Source: Desulfobacteraceae bacterium
GTDB lineage: Bacteria > Desulfobacterota > Desulfobacteria > Desulfobacterales > ETH-SRB1
Length of the DNA: 64,000 bases
Direction: 5' to 3'
Assembly (NCBI GenBank): GCA_030593145.1
Contig: JAUVHU010000006.1
Span: forward strand, 1,121 to 65,120
Numbering within the stretch: position 1 is the stretch's first letter; each line of letters begins with the position of its first letter. This document shows positions 9,412 through 18,735 of this stretch, one piece after another. The notes under the pieces are model-generated. The model saw nothing but the letters and a program-made list of their open reading frames with translations, searched no databases and was not told the DNA's origin. The translations under genes and the position numbers were made by a program.

Positions 9412-10691
9412 CCTTTATTCCTTATGGTCGTCAACAGATCGACGAAGACGACATACAGGCTGTTGTAGATGTACTTCGCTCCGACTGGCTGACCACAGGC
9501 CCAAAAGTGGGCGAGTTCGAGCAGGCGGTTGCTGATTTTGTGGGAGCCAAAGAAGCCGTAGCAGTTAGTAGCGGAACGGCAGCACTGCATGCAGCCATGT
9601 ACGCCATTGGCATCGAGCCGGGTGACGAAGTGATTGTCCCTCCAACGACTTTTACTGCAACGGCCAATTGTGTTGTCTTCCAAGGGGGAACGCCTGTCTT
9701 TGCAGATGTTGATCCGTGTACATTGCTGATTGATCCTAACGAAGTGGAGGCAAAGATTACTCCGAAGACAAAGGCAATCATAGCAGTGGACTATGCAGGG
9801 CAACCTTGCGATTACGATGCCCTTCGAAGAATCGCCGAACGCCATGACCTGATTCTTGTTGCTGATGCCTGTCATTCCCTTGGTGCGGAATACAAAGGCC
9901 GCAAGGTTGGTTCTCTCGCCGACATGACCGTTTTCAGCTTTCATCCTGTTAAGCACATTACAACCGGCGAAGGAGGAATGATAACAACTGACAATTCGGA
10001 ATTTGCCGAACATATGAGAATGTTTAGAAGTCACGGCATCACTCGCGATCCGAAGCAATTCGCTCCTTCAGAGGAAGTCTCCGCACCCTCTGCCCCAAGC
10101 CCAATACTCCAAGCTCCATGCGCTCTGCCCTTTTACTACGAGATGCAAGATCTTGGTTACAACTACCGTATCACGGACATCCAGTGCGCACTTGGTCTTT
10201 CCCAATTAAAAAAGCTGCCGAAGTTTCTGGAGCGAAGGTGTGAGATAGCTGCTTTATATGACAAAGCCTTAGCGGACATCTCCGGTATAGAACCTCTCGG
10301 GCTTCGCGCCGACGTCTTACCGGCCACGCAAAGCGCTTTGCGCCCTGCGCCTTGCGCCCTGCGCCCTGCTCCAAGCTCCATGCTCTCTGCTCTCTGCTCT
10401 CTGCGTTCAAGTCACAGTTATCACCTCTATGTCGTCAAAGTGGATTGTAAAGCCTCTGGAACCAATCGAAACACCCTATTTCAGTCTTTGCGTGAGAAAG
10501 GTATCGGCGTAAATGTTCATTATATCCCAGTTCATCTTCACCCATATTATCAGAAGCGATTTGGTTATGAAAATGGCCTCTGTACTGTAGCAGAAGAAGC
10601 TTACGAACAGATGCTATCACTCCCCATGTTTCCAGGAATGAGTGATGAAGACATCAAAAATGTTGTTACTGCAGTGAGGGAGACAATATAA
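9372..10691 (+). CDS. pseC: DegT/DnrJ/EryC1-family aminotransferase, PseC-type (UDP-4-amino-4,6-dideoxy-N-acetyl-beta-L-altrosamine transaminase)
   Basis: IPYGRQQIDEDDIQAVVDVLRSDWLTTGPKV, SFHPVKHITTGEGG (PLP lysine) and GYNYRITDIQCALGLSQLKKL. The gene lies directly after pseB. It carries two repeat-derived in-frame insertions. Confidence 0.8.
   Translation: MHNGQQTTDNGQRPFIPYGRQQIDEDDIQAVVDVLRSDWLTTGPKVGEFEQAVADFVGAKEAVAVSSGTAALHAAMYAIGIEPGDEVIVPPTTFTATANCVVFQGGTPVFADVDPCTLLIDPNEVEAKITPKTKAIIAVDYAGQPCDYDALRRIAERHDLILVADACHSLGAEYKGRKVGSLADMTVFSFHPVKHITTGEGGMITTDNSEFAEHMRMFRSHGITRDPKQFAPSEEVSAPSAPSPILQAPCALPFYYEMQDLGYNYRITDIQCALGLSQLKKLPKFLERRCEIAALYDKALADISGIEPLGLRADVLPATQSALRPAPCALRPAPSSMLSALCSLRSSHSYHLYVVKVDCKASGTNRNTLFQSLREKGIGVNVHYIPVHLHPYYQKRFGYENGLCTVAEEAYEQMLSLPMFPGMSDEDIKNVVTAVRETI
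10056..10130. repeat. repeat-derived in-frame insertion 1 inside pseC
   Basis: ..ctccgcaccctctgccccaagcccaatactccaagctccatgcgctctgccc. It encodes FAPSEEVSAPSAPSPILQAPCALP. Confidence 0.6.
10305..10409. repeat. 7-nt-period array inside pseC (in-frame insertion 2)
   Basis: ctttgcg ccctgcg ccttgcg ccctgcg ccctgct ccaagct ccatgct ctctgct ctctgct ctctgcg. This is the reverse-complement flavour of the AGCATAG/AGCTTGG arrays. Confidence 0.8.
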
Positions 10692-10693
10692 AA

Positions 10694-11596
10694 ATGAGCA
10701 TAAGTGATTCATCACAACTTGTACTTGGCACAGCACAGTTAGGAACAAACTACGGGATAGCTAACCGGATGGGAAAGCCTCATTTCGACACAGCTGAAGC
10801 CATCATCAAAACAGCCTGGGATGCTGGCATTCGAGAGTTTGATACCGCACAGGGTTACGGAGATAGCGAGCAAGTATTAGGAGAAGTATTCCAATCATTG
10901 GGGATAAGAAATGAGGTTAAGGTTATCAGCAAATTGCATCCTGACCTTAATCATCTTAGTGGAAACGAATTAAGAGAATCACTGGATAAGACTCTTATAA
11001 ATCTTAAAGTACCCAGTTTATATGGAATTATGCTTCACAGAGAGGGGTTTTTGGAATTATGGAACAAAGGATTAGGTGAAAAACTTAATAAACTTGTAAA
11101 GTCCAGCCTGGTTGGTAAACTTGGTGTTTCAGTCTATACACCCAAAAAAGCTATCGAAGGTTTAAACACAGAAGGAATTTCCCTTGTTCAACTCCCATCC
11201 AATCTTCTGGACCGGAGATTCGAGAAAGCCGGTGTTTTTGAACTCGCCAAGAAAAAAGGAAAACAGGTATATGTACGTAGTATATTTTTGCAAGGCTTGT
11301 TGCTTTTGAACAGTAACAAAATGCCGATTAAAATAAAATTTGCCAGAACTGTGCTAAAAACATTGGAAAACTTAACACAAGAGTTAGGCTTATCCAAACA
11401 AGATATGGCTATAGGTTACGCCAAACATGCCTATCCTTACGCAAAAATCGTTTTTGGTGTGGATGATCCTAAGCAAATTAATGATAATTTAATAAGCTGG
11501 AAGATGTCATTGCCATCTGACTTTGTAGATCGGATACAGAACACGTTTCAATTTGTAGACGAAAAAATTCTTAATCCTGCCCTTTGGCCAAGTTAA
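10694..11596 (+). CDS. aldo/keto reductase family oxidoreductase
   Basis: LGTAQLGTNYG..AWDAGIREFDTAQGYGDSEQVLG is the AKR N-terminal signature. Confidence 0.75.
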   Translation: MSISDSSQLVLGTAQLGTNYGIANRMGKPHFDTAEAIIKTAWDAGIREFDTAQGYGDSEQVLGEVFQSLGIRNEVKVISKLHPDLNHLSGNELRESLDKTLINLKVPSLYGIMLHREGFLELWNKGLGEKLNKLVKSSLVGKLGVSVYTPKKAIEGLNTEGISLVQLPSNLLDRRFEKAGVFELAKKKGKQVYVRSIFLQGLLLLNSNKMPIKIKFARTVLKTLENLTQELGLSKQDMAIGYAKHAYPYAKIVFGVDDPKQINDNLISWKMSLPSDFVDRIQNTFQFVDEKILNPALWPS

Positions 11597-11617
11597 TAAG
11601 AATTCGGGACATCAACA

Positions 11618-12181
11618 ATGAAATCAAATAAAAAATTTTATCCTTTCCTAATTGGCGAACGAATTTATTTGCGTGAGGTTCGTTTGTCGGACGTAAATGA
11701 AAATTATTATCGCTGGATGAATGATAAAGAGATTACCCAATATCTTGAGAGCCGTTATTACCCTAATTCGATGGAGTTACTTCAAGAATATGTGAAAACC
11801 AGACTGGGAAACCCCAATGAAATATTTCTGGCTATTGTTACCAAAGATAATGATAAACATATTGGAAATATAAAACTCGGGCCAATAAATTGGATACATC
11901 GTATAGGAGATATCGGAATTATTATCGGAGAGAGAGATTTTTGGGATAAAGGTTATGCAACAGAAGCAATTAAGCTTATGGTCAAATATGCTTTTGGTAT
12001 GCTTAATTTGCATAAAATAACATCTGGATGTTATTTGCCTAATGAAGGTGCGATAAAGGCGTTTCAAAATGCAGGCTTTGATAAAGAAGGTGTTCGGAAA
12101 AAACATGGCTATTATAAGGGTAAATATATCGATAGCGTCCTATTTGGATTAATAAAAGAAGAAATGCAGGATAATGAATAA
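11618..12181 (+). CDS. GNAT family N-acetyltransferase (RimJ/RimL-like; candidate PseH-equivalent)
   Basis: LREVRLSDVNENYYRWMND..IGIIIGERDFWDKGYATEAIKLMVKYAF..NEGAIKAFQNAGF is a GNAT acetyl-CoA fold motif. The pse context supports the candidate role. Confidence 0.6.
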   Translation: MKSNKKFYPFLIGERIYLREVRLSDVNENYYRWMNDKEITQYLESRYYPNSMELLQEYVKTRLGNPNEIFLAIVTKDNDKHIGNIKLGPINWIHRIGDIGIIIGERDFWDKGYATEAIKLMVKYAFGMLNLHKITSGCYLPNEGAIKAFQNAGFDKEGVRKKHGYYKGKYIDSVLFGLIKEEMQDNE

Positions 12182-13496
12182 GTTAACAAAAAGCCTCGAG
12201 ATGCAAGAACGTGCTAAAAGGCGAATACCAGGGATGACACAGCTTTTATCTAAAAGACCGGATTTGTTTTCTCAAGGTGTGTGGCCGGGTTATTTCAGCA
12301 AAGCTAAGGGAGTGGAGGTCTGGGATCTCGATGGGAACAAATACATTGACATGAGTATTTCAGGCATCGGCGCGAACGTACTTGGGTACGCTGATCCGGA
12401 CGTGGATGCTGCGGTGAAAAATGCAATTGCCAATGGCACGAGTTGTTCCCTTAACTGTCCGGAAGAAGTCGAGTTGGCAGAACTGTTTTGCGAACTCCAC
12501 CCATGGGCAGAAATGGTCCGGTTTGCACGCACGGGCGGAGAAGCAATGACCATTGCTATACGCATTGCACGAGCTCACACGGGAAAAGATAAAGTTGCAT
12601 TTTGCGGCTATCATGGCTGGCATGACTGGTATCTTGCTGCCAATTTGGGCACTGAGAATGCCCTTGGAGAACATCTGCTTTCAGGTTTGAGCCCGTTAGG
12701 TGTCCCGAAAGGACTTGCCGGTACGGCATTACCGTTTCGTTACAATCATCTGGAAGAATTGGAAAATATAGTAGCTGAACACAAAGATGAAATCGGTGTT
12801 ATTGTGATGGAACCGATCCGTGATGCCGACCCTAAGTCGGGGTTTATTGAAGGAGTATGCTCCGTGGCAAATGAAATCGGTGCTGTCTTTATTGTTGACG
12901 AAATCTCAGCCGGATTCCGGTACAATACTGGCGGTGCTCACCTGAAGTTTTTTACGAAAGAACCAGATATGGCTGTTTTCTCAAAAGCTTTAGGAAACGG
13001 TTATCCAATAGCCGCTGTTATAGGCAGGGCCGATGTTATGCAGGCCGCTCAGAAAACATTTATCAGCAGCACAAACTGGACCGAGCGTATAGGACCGACC
13101 GCAGCAATCGCAATGATTAAAAAACACAAAAGCGTTGATGCAGGAAAACATCTGGTTTGGCTTGGCGAGCAGATTCAGCTCGGGTGGGGAGAAATGGCGA
13201 AGAAACATGGTTTGGCTATAGAAGTTGGCGGGATGAAGCCCTTGAGTCATTTTGCTTTTGACCATGATAAGGCGCAGTCGATGAAGGCATATTTCATACA
13301 ACTTATGCTGGAACAGAGCTTTTTATCATCTAATTTGTTTTATGCGATGTATGCTCATACCGAAGAAAATATAAGCGATTATCTAAAAGCGGTTGATAAA
13401 TCTTTTGAAGAAATAGCGCGTTCCATCAAGCAGGATGATATTGATAAAAAGCTAATTGGGAAACCCTCAAGTGTTGGTTTTAAGAGGCTTGCGTAG
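12174..13496 (+). CDS. class-III aminotransferase (glutamate-1-semialdehyde aminomutase-like)
   Basis: FARTGGEAMTIAIRIARAHTGKDKV..CGYHGWHDWY..IVDEISAGFR..FSKALGNGYPIAAV (PLP Lys region). Confidence 0.75.
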   Translation: MNKLTKSLEMQERAKRRIPGMTQLLSKRPDLFSQGVWPGYFSKAKGVEVWDLDGNKYIDMSISGIGANVLGYADPDVDAAVKNAIANGTSCSLNCPEEVELAELFCELHPWAEMVRFARTGGEAMTIAIRIARAHTGKDKVAFCGYHGWHDWYLAANLGTENALGEHLLSGLSPLGVPKGLAGTALPFRYNHLEELENIVAEHKDEIGVIVMEPIRDADPKSGFIEGVCSVANEIGAVFIVDEISAGFRYNTGGAHLKFFTKEPDMAVFSKALGNGYPIAAVIGRADVMQAAQKTFISSTNWTERIGPTAAIAMIKKHKSVDAGKHLVWLGEQIQLGWGEMAKKHGLAIEVGGMKPLSHFAFDHDKAQSMKAYFIQLMLEQSFLSSNLFYAMYAHTEENISDYLKAVDKSFEEIARSIKQDDIDKKLIGKPSSVGFKRLA

Positions 13497-13543
13497 AATT
13501 AATAACTCACCACGGATAACTGCAGAATAACACAGAGAAAATC

Positions 13544-14305
13544 ATGAAAGTAACCGCAATAATCCAGGCAAGAATGACCTCAACCCGCCTTCCGGGCAAA
13601 GTCCTCATGGAAGTTATGGGCAGGCCATTGTTGAGTTACCAGATTGAACGTCTTCGTTTCAGCAAAATGATTGACAAAATCATCATTGCCACGACGGTAA
13701 ATAAAGAAGACGATCCGATTGTTGAACTGGCTCAAAAGGAAGGCCTTGATTTTTATCGCGGATCAGAAGACGATGTCCTTGACAGATACTATCAAACCGC
13801 AAAAAAATACAATGCAGCGCATATTATGCGCCTCACAGCGGATTGCCCGCTGATTGATCCGGACATCTGTGACAGCATTGCCGATGTATATTTTGAAAGC
13901 GGCGTTAACTATATCCGAACAGGTAAAACCTTTGCCGAAGGTCTTGATTGCGAAGTTATCGGATTAAGAACGCTTACCAAGGCTTGGCTTGAAGCCAAAC
14001 TAAAGTTCGAGCGTGAGCATGTGACTCTGTATATCCGTAATCATCCTGAACTGTTCAAGACTATGGTCAAGGAAAACGATTTAGATGACAGCAGATATAG
14101 AATAACAGTGGATGAAGAAAAAGATTTTATAGTTGTGAAAACGATTTTAGAGAATCTATACAAAGATGAAAAAAATTATTTTTCAATTGGGGGAATTAAA
14201 AACTTTTTTGAAGAAAATTCTGACATTTATCAATTGAATACAGGAATAATACGCAATGAGGGATTGTTGAAATCCCTGCAGAACGATAAAGTCGTTACTT
14301 CATAA
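13544..14305 (+). CDS. nonulosonic-acid cytidylyltransferase-like protein (SpsF/PseF-type)
   Basis: MKVTAIIQARMTSTRLPGKVL..IIIATT..DDVLDRYY..MRLTADCPLIDP is typical of SpsF/CMP-sugar synthetase-like proteins. It sits adjacent to pseG. Confidence 0.65.
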   Translation: MKVTAIIQARMTSTRLPGKVLMEVMGRPLLSYQIERLRFSKMIDKIIIATTVNKEDDPIVELAQKEGLDFYRGSEDDVLDRYYQTAKKYNAAHIMRLTADCPLIDPDICDSIADVYFESGVNYIRTGKTFAEGLDCEVIGLRTLTKAWLEAKLKFEREHVTLYIRNHPELFKTMVKENDLDDSRYRITVDEEKDFIVVKTILENLYKDEKNYFSIGGIKNFFEENSDIYQLNTGIIRNEGLLKSLQNDKVVTS

Positions 14306-14508
14306 ATATCATTTTGTAATGAAATCGACAAAATGAATAACATACTGATAATTATACCTGATTCCACAATCCAAAAAGGTAAAGGCCATATAATGCAATG
14401 TATCGCGCCGACTCAAGTCTCCCAGGATTAGTTAACCTTGGGAGGTTCGGAAACAGGCAATGCGACATTGAAAATATAAGTACTTGATAAAGTTAAGATA
14501 TAATACAT

Positions 14509-15606
14509 ATGAATAATACTTGTAATAACTATCTTATAAGGGTGGATGCCTCTAAAAAAATAGGTGCAGGCCATTTGATAAGGTGCTTGGAAATTGCTGA
14601 TTTTTTTAAATCTAAAAATATTAATGCTATGTTTTTATCCAGGTCAGGGCAAATCGAACAACAAATAATTAATAGAGGGTTCGAGATAAAAATATTACCA
14701 GAGAATTCTACGATTGCGGATGAATTGAATTCTATAAAACTTCTGATGATTGAAAAGAAAATTAAGGTTATATTACTAGATATCAATAATTATAATACAT
14801 TTAAAGATTTCAATGCATACAATCTCTATTTGGAAAACCTGAGAAAATTATCACTATTTGTTGTATCTTTCGAAGATTTTCAAGATTACCCTTATACTTC
14901 TGACATAGTAATAATCCCATATTTCGGTACTAAAAATATTAAATTGCACAAAAAATCTGACTGTAAATACCTGCTTGGTCCAAAGTATTTTGTGTTGAGA
15001 GAAGAATTTTCGAAGGTTAAGCCAGTGCTTGTTAGAAAAAAAATTGAAAGTATATTAGTCACTATGGGTGGTAGTGACGCAGAAGGCATAACATTGAAAG
15101 TATTGAAAGCCATGGGTAGTACGGAATTAGGTATTAGTCTTAAAATAATAATTGGCGGTTTTGCCCAAATATCTGATGCTGTAATAAAGAATCTATTAAG
15201 TTTCTATAAAGGATCATATTCAATAATTAGAGAAGCTAACAACATGGCTGAACTTATGTCAGAGTCAGGCATTGCAGTTATTAACAGCGGTTTGACAAAA
15301 TATGAAACATCTGCCGTTGGACTTCCAAGCATTATTATTTCAAATAACGAATATCATTCGGAATTAATGAATGATTTCGCAAAATACGATACGGTTTGTC
15401 ATTTAGGACCAGTCAATAAGGTAAACAAACATCAAATTACTGAAGCAATAACCTGCCTTGCAAAGGACTATAAAAAGAGACTTCAAATGTCAGAAGCAGG
15501 TAAATTGTTAGTAGATGGTAATGGAATTGAAAGAATATTCAATGAAATACCGAAGGAAGTGATTTATGTCCAAAAGAACACGATGTCATACAAAATACAA
15601 CAGTGA
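14509..15606 (+). CDS. pseG: UDP-2,4-diacetamido-2,4,6-trideoxy-beta-L-altropyranose hydrolase-like (PseG/SpsG-type)
   Basis: IRVDASKKIGAGHLIRCLEIADFF matches the PseG N-terminal signature (R.D....G.GH..R). The C-terminal region is GT-B-like. The gene is AT-rich. Confidence 0.65.
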   Translation: MNNTCNNYLIRVDASKKIGAGHLIRCLEIADFFKSKNINAMFLSRSGQIEQQIINRGFEIKILPENSTIADELNSIKLLMIEKKIKVILLDINNYNTFKDFNAYNLYLENLRKLSLFVVSFEDFQDYPYTSDIVIIPYFGTKNIKLHKKSDCKYLLGPKYFVLREEFSKVKPVLVRKKIESILVTMGGSDAEGITLKVLKAMGSTELGISLKIIIGGFAQISDAVIKNLLSFYKGSYSIIREANNMAELMSESGIAVINSGLTKYETSAVGLPSIIISNNEYHSELMNDFAKYDTVCHLGPVNKVNKHQITEAITCLAKDYKKRLQMSEAGKLLVDGNGIERIFNEIPKEVIYVQKNTMSYKIQQ

Positions 15607-16813
15607 GAATGATCCATTCGTTATCGTTGTAGAAAAATGCCCGGTTTGTGGATCACGATGCACTGAAGATTATCTTGATATTAATCTTACATCTTTTTTC
15701 TTTCCAGTACCTGATGATGTTATTAAAAAAATCAAAAAGGAACCTTTCAGACTAAAAATTTGCAAAAACTGTTCGCATGTTTTTCAAGCAGAAATCAAAA
15801 AGGATCTTATCGATTTAATTTATAATGAATTTTATATGTATTATAATCTGGACACTTCTATTGAATTTCAGGATGTATATAGAGAAAGAACTATAGAATT
15901 TATGAAGGTAGTACTTACGCAGGAAAAGGAACAAAAAATTTTAGACATTGGATGTGGAGAAGGAACATATTTCCCTTTTTTTGAAACTATTGGTTATAAA
16001 TGTTTTGGAATAGAACCTTCTGGAAAAGCAAAAATTGCAAAGGAAAGAAATCCAAATGCCTGTATATCGGATGAATATTTTGAGACTTCTGAAGCCAATA
16101 TTTTCAGCACTAAATTTGATGTTATTCTTATGAATTGGGTTCTTGAGCATATAGTAGAACTTGACTCTTTTTTTGAAAAGTTAAAAAAATATACAAAGGC
16201 AAGTACAAAACTTATTATACAGGTTCCAGATATTCAGTATTATATTGATAATAATCTCGCACTTTTTTACGTACATGAGCACATTAATTATTTTACAATA
16301 GAAACTATTAGTTTGTTACTCGAAAGAAAAGGTTTCAAAATAGTTGGACAAAAAAATGAGGATTGCCCTTCAGTTCTGATCTGTGGAGAATATACCGGAA
16401 CAGGGAGCAAGAAAGAAATTAATTGTTCAGGATTATTAAGAATGAAGAAAAAATTTATCGAGGAAAATGATGAGTTAAAAAAGAAAATAAATGGAATTCT
16501 ATTAAAAAGTGAGAAAATTATCTTATATGGAATGGGATTATTAGCTTTCTGGATAGGTGATTTTTGTTTGGATAAGGTTGATTTGGGAAAAATAGAATTA
16601 ATAGATGATAATGAATATTATCACGGTAAATTAGTTCCGTTATTTAACAAAAAACTGAAAATATTTTCACAAGGATATAATTTGGATAAAACATTAATCT
16701 TCATTTGTGCTTCCCCTATTTATCATAGTAAAATAAGAAAGGTAATCAAGGATAAGTTCGTAGGTAGTTATAAAATTGCAACTATAAATAACGATGATAT
16801 AGTGATTGAATAA
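15566..16813 (+). CDS. class I SAM-dependent methyltransferase with N-terminal Zn-ribbon (sugar C/N-methyltransferase-like)
   Basis: CPVCGS..CKNCSH is a Cys4 ribbon. ILDIGCGEGTYF is SAM motif I, followed by ..DVILMNWVLEHI. There is a 41-nt overlap with pseG. Confidence 0.65.
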   Translation: MSKRTRCHTKYNSENDPFVIVVEKCPVCGSRCTEDYLDINLTSFFFPVPDDVIKKIKKEPFRLKICKNCSHVFQAEIKKDLIDLIYNEFYMYYNLDTSIEFQDVYRERTIEFMKVVLTQEKEQKILDIGCGEGTYFPFFETIGYKCFGIEPSGKAKIAKERNPNACISDEYFETSEANIFSTKFDVILMNWVLEHIVELDSFFEKLKKYTKASTKLIIQVPDIQYYIDNNLALFYVHEHINYFTIETISLLLERKGFKIVGQKNEDCPSVLICGEYTGTGSKKEINCSGLLRMKKKFIEENDELKKKINGILLKSEKIILYGMGLLAFWIGDFCLDKVDLGKIELIDDNEYYHGKLVPLFNKKLKIFSQGYNLDKTLIFICASPIYHSKIRKVIKDKFVGSYKIATINNDDIVIE

Positions 16814-16890
16814 TATGCAGAAATCAAAGATTTTTAGCAACATTGATCAAGAAAAACTTATAAAGTTGTATAGAATATTGGAGCCAATGG

Positions 16891-17574
16891 GTGAAAATTT
16901 GTGTTTTTTCTGACATTCATGGAAACGGGCCTGCTTTTCGTGTCGCTTATGATATGATTATTTCTGAAAAGGCCGATCTTAATATTTTTCTTGGAGATTT
17001 GTGCGGGTATTATTACGACCAGTTGGAAATATTTTCCATGCTTAGCAAAATGCCTAATTTGATTGCTATCATGGGAAATCATGACCGCATGTTTATAGAC
17101 ATATTAAAGGGTGAAGCTGATCTTTTGGATATGTACCGTCAAAAATATGGCCGTTCTATGGATAATTTGCTTGAACAGGAGCACGATAAGCTATCTGAGT
17201 GGCTTTTGTCTCTTCCTATCTCATATGTGTTCCCTGATAATGTTTTCAGATGTTTTCACGGAAGTCCGGAAAATCCTCTTGATGGATATGTTTATCCGGA
17301 TTCTCTATTGGATTCTTCGTGGAATGTGGGCCATGCCTTATTACTCGGGCACACACATTATAGAATGCACAGATCTGTAGCGAATACACTCGTAGTAAAT
17401 CCTGGTTCCTTGGGGCAGCCGAGAGACGGTCGTCTTCCGTGCTATGTTGTTATGGAGCCTTATTCGCGGAACGTAATCTTCAGGGAAGTTTCTTACGATA
17501 AAGGTCTTTTGAAAAAGAAAATAGATCAATTGGGCGATGAAAATGTTTATTTGAGGGAAATCCTCAAGAGATAA
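16891..17574 (+). CDS. metallophosphoesterase (YfcE-like)
   Basis: GTG start. MKICVFSDIHGN..FLGDLCGY..GNHD..GHTH are calcineurin-like phosphoesterase motifs. Confidence 0.7.
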   Translation: MKICVFSDIHGNGPAFRVAYDMIISEKADLNIFLGDLCGYYYDQLEIFSMLSKMPNLIAIMGNHDRMFIDILKGEADLLDMYRQKYGRSMDNLLEQEHDKLSEWLLSLPISYVFPDNVFRCFHGSPENPLDGYVYPDSLLDSSWNVGHALLLGHTHYRMHRSVANTLVVNPGSLGQPRDGRLPCYVVMEPYSRNVIFREVSYDKGLLKKKIDQLGDENVYLREILKR

Positions 17575-17585
17575 TTGGAGCATGT

Positions 17586-18626
17586 ATGTCGAATAGTTCA
17601 CTCACGATATTGGTTACGGGCGTAAGCGGAGATTTGGGGCAAGCGATAATCAAATGCTTGCGTTTGATGGATAGACCGGTTCAGGTGCTTGGCTGCGATA
17701 TGGTGTCCGAGAGCACCGGACGTGTGTTTGTGGACAAGCTTTTTGAAGTTCCGTCAGCCGAAAGCCGGGCGTATTTAAAACGTATCGAAGATATTTGCAA
17801 AAAAAATAACGTTCATGCTGTCATTCCTTCAAGTGAGCCCGAGATGATCATCCTGAGTAAGTTGGGGATTCCGCCAAGAGTTTCATGTGGGGCAGCGGTG
17901 ATCTGCCAATCCTATTCGTGCATTGAGCTTTATGGGGATAAGCTCAAATGCTTCCGTGCGCTACAAGATACTGTCAAACTTGCGCCGTATGCAGATGCAT
18001 CTTGCGTACAAGATGTTGAAGAGATATTAGCCTCTGATAGTTACCCCTACGTGGTGAAACCTCGTTTTTCCACTGGCGGCAAAGGCTTCAAGATCGCTTG
18101 GGACAAAAAGCAACTTTTGAAGTTCATAGACGATGCTCAAGGGCAAGTGATTCAGCAGTATTTTGACGATGCAGGTGGCGAATTTTCCGTGGGCGTTTTT
18201 TCTTCTGATGATTTTATGGCTATGATAGCTTTCAGAAGACAGCTTGGTCCTGGAGGGGCCTCATGGTTTGCGAATAATTTTGACCAAGACCACGAAGTTT
18301 TGGAATATGCTAAAAAAATTGCAGAATTCACAAGGCTGAGCGGTAGCTACAATATACAGGTCAGAAAAAGCTCCAATGGTGTGCGTCTTTTGGAAATAAA
18401 TTCCAGGTTTTCAAGTTTGGCAGCCGCCCGTGCAGCGTGCGGGTTCAAGGATGTGGAGTGGTCAATTCTAACTGCATTGAAACTTAAAGTGGAACCACCA
18501 TTAAATGGGTATAAAAGTATTCGGTTCCGACGGTATCTCCATGAAGTGATAGACTTTGGAACGGGGTATACCGGAATAAGGGAGTGGCTGCCACGTCATA
18601 TTGCGTTAAAGATGAATGAGGACTGA
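17586..18626 (+). CDS. ATP-grasp domain protein
   Basis: N-terminal Rossmann-like ILVTGVSGDLGQAI; PYVVKPRFSTGGKGF..QQYF..EFSVGVF..LLEINSRFS is an ATP-grasp pattern. Confidence 0.6.
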   Translation: MSNSSLTILVTGVSGDLGQAIIKCLRLMDRPVQVLGCDMVSESTGRVFVDKLFEVPSAESRAYLKRIEDICKKNNVHAVIPSSEPEMIILSKLGIPPRVSCGAAVICQSYSCIELYGDKLKCFRALQDTVKLAPYADASCVQDVEEILASDSYPYVVKPRFSTGGKGFKIAWDKKQLLKFIDDAQGQVIQQYFDDAGGEFSVGVFSSDDFMAMIAFRRQLGPGGASWFANNFDQDHEVLEYAKKIAEFTRLSGSYNIQVRKSSNGVRLLEINSRFSSLAAARAACGFKDVEWSILTALKLKVEPPLNGYKSIRFRRYLHEVIDFGTGYTGIREWLPRHIALKMNED

Positions 18627-18735
18627 GGATGATGGCAGGAGAGCCAAGCACGTTATCTAAAAGGACGGACCTTTTCTTGAGCAGACCCACTTTGGATAAT
18701 TTAGGGCAAAGCAATTGATTTCCTGAGGAGTTCGT

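Noticed and set aside
9315-10058. 247-aa minus-strand ORF overlapping pseB and pseC
   Set aside because: The sense strand carries clear DegT/PseC motifs. The antisense product is Cys- and Arg-rich with no recognisable domain and starts inside a heptamer array.
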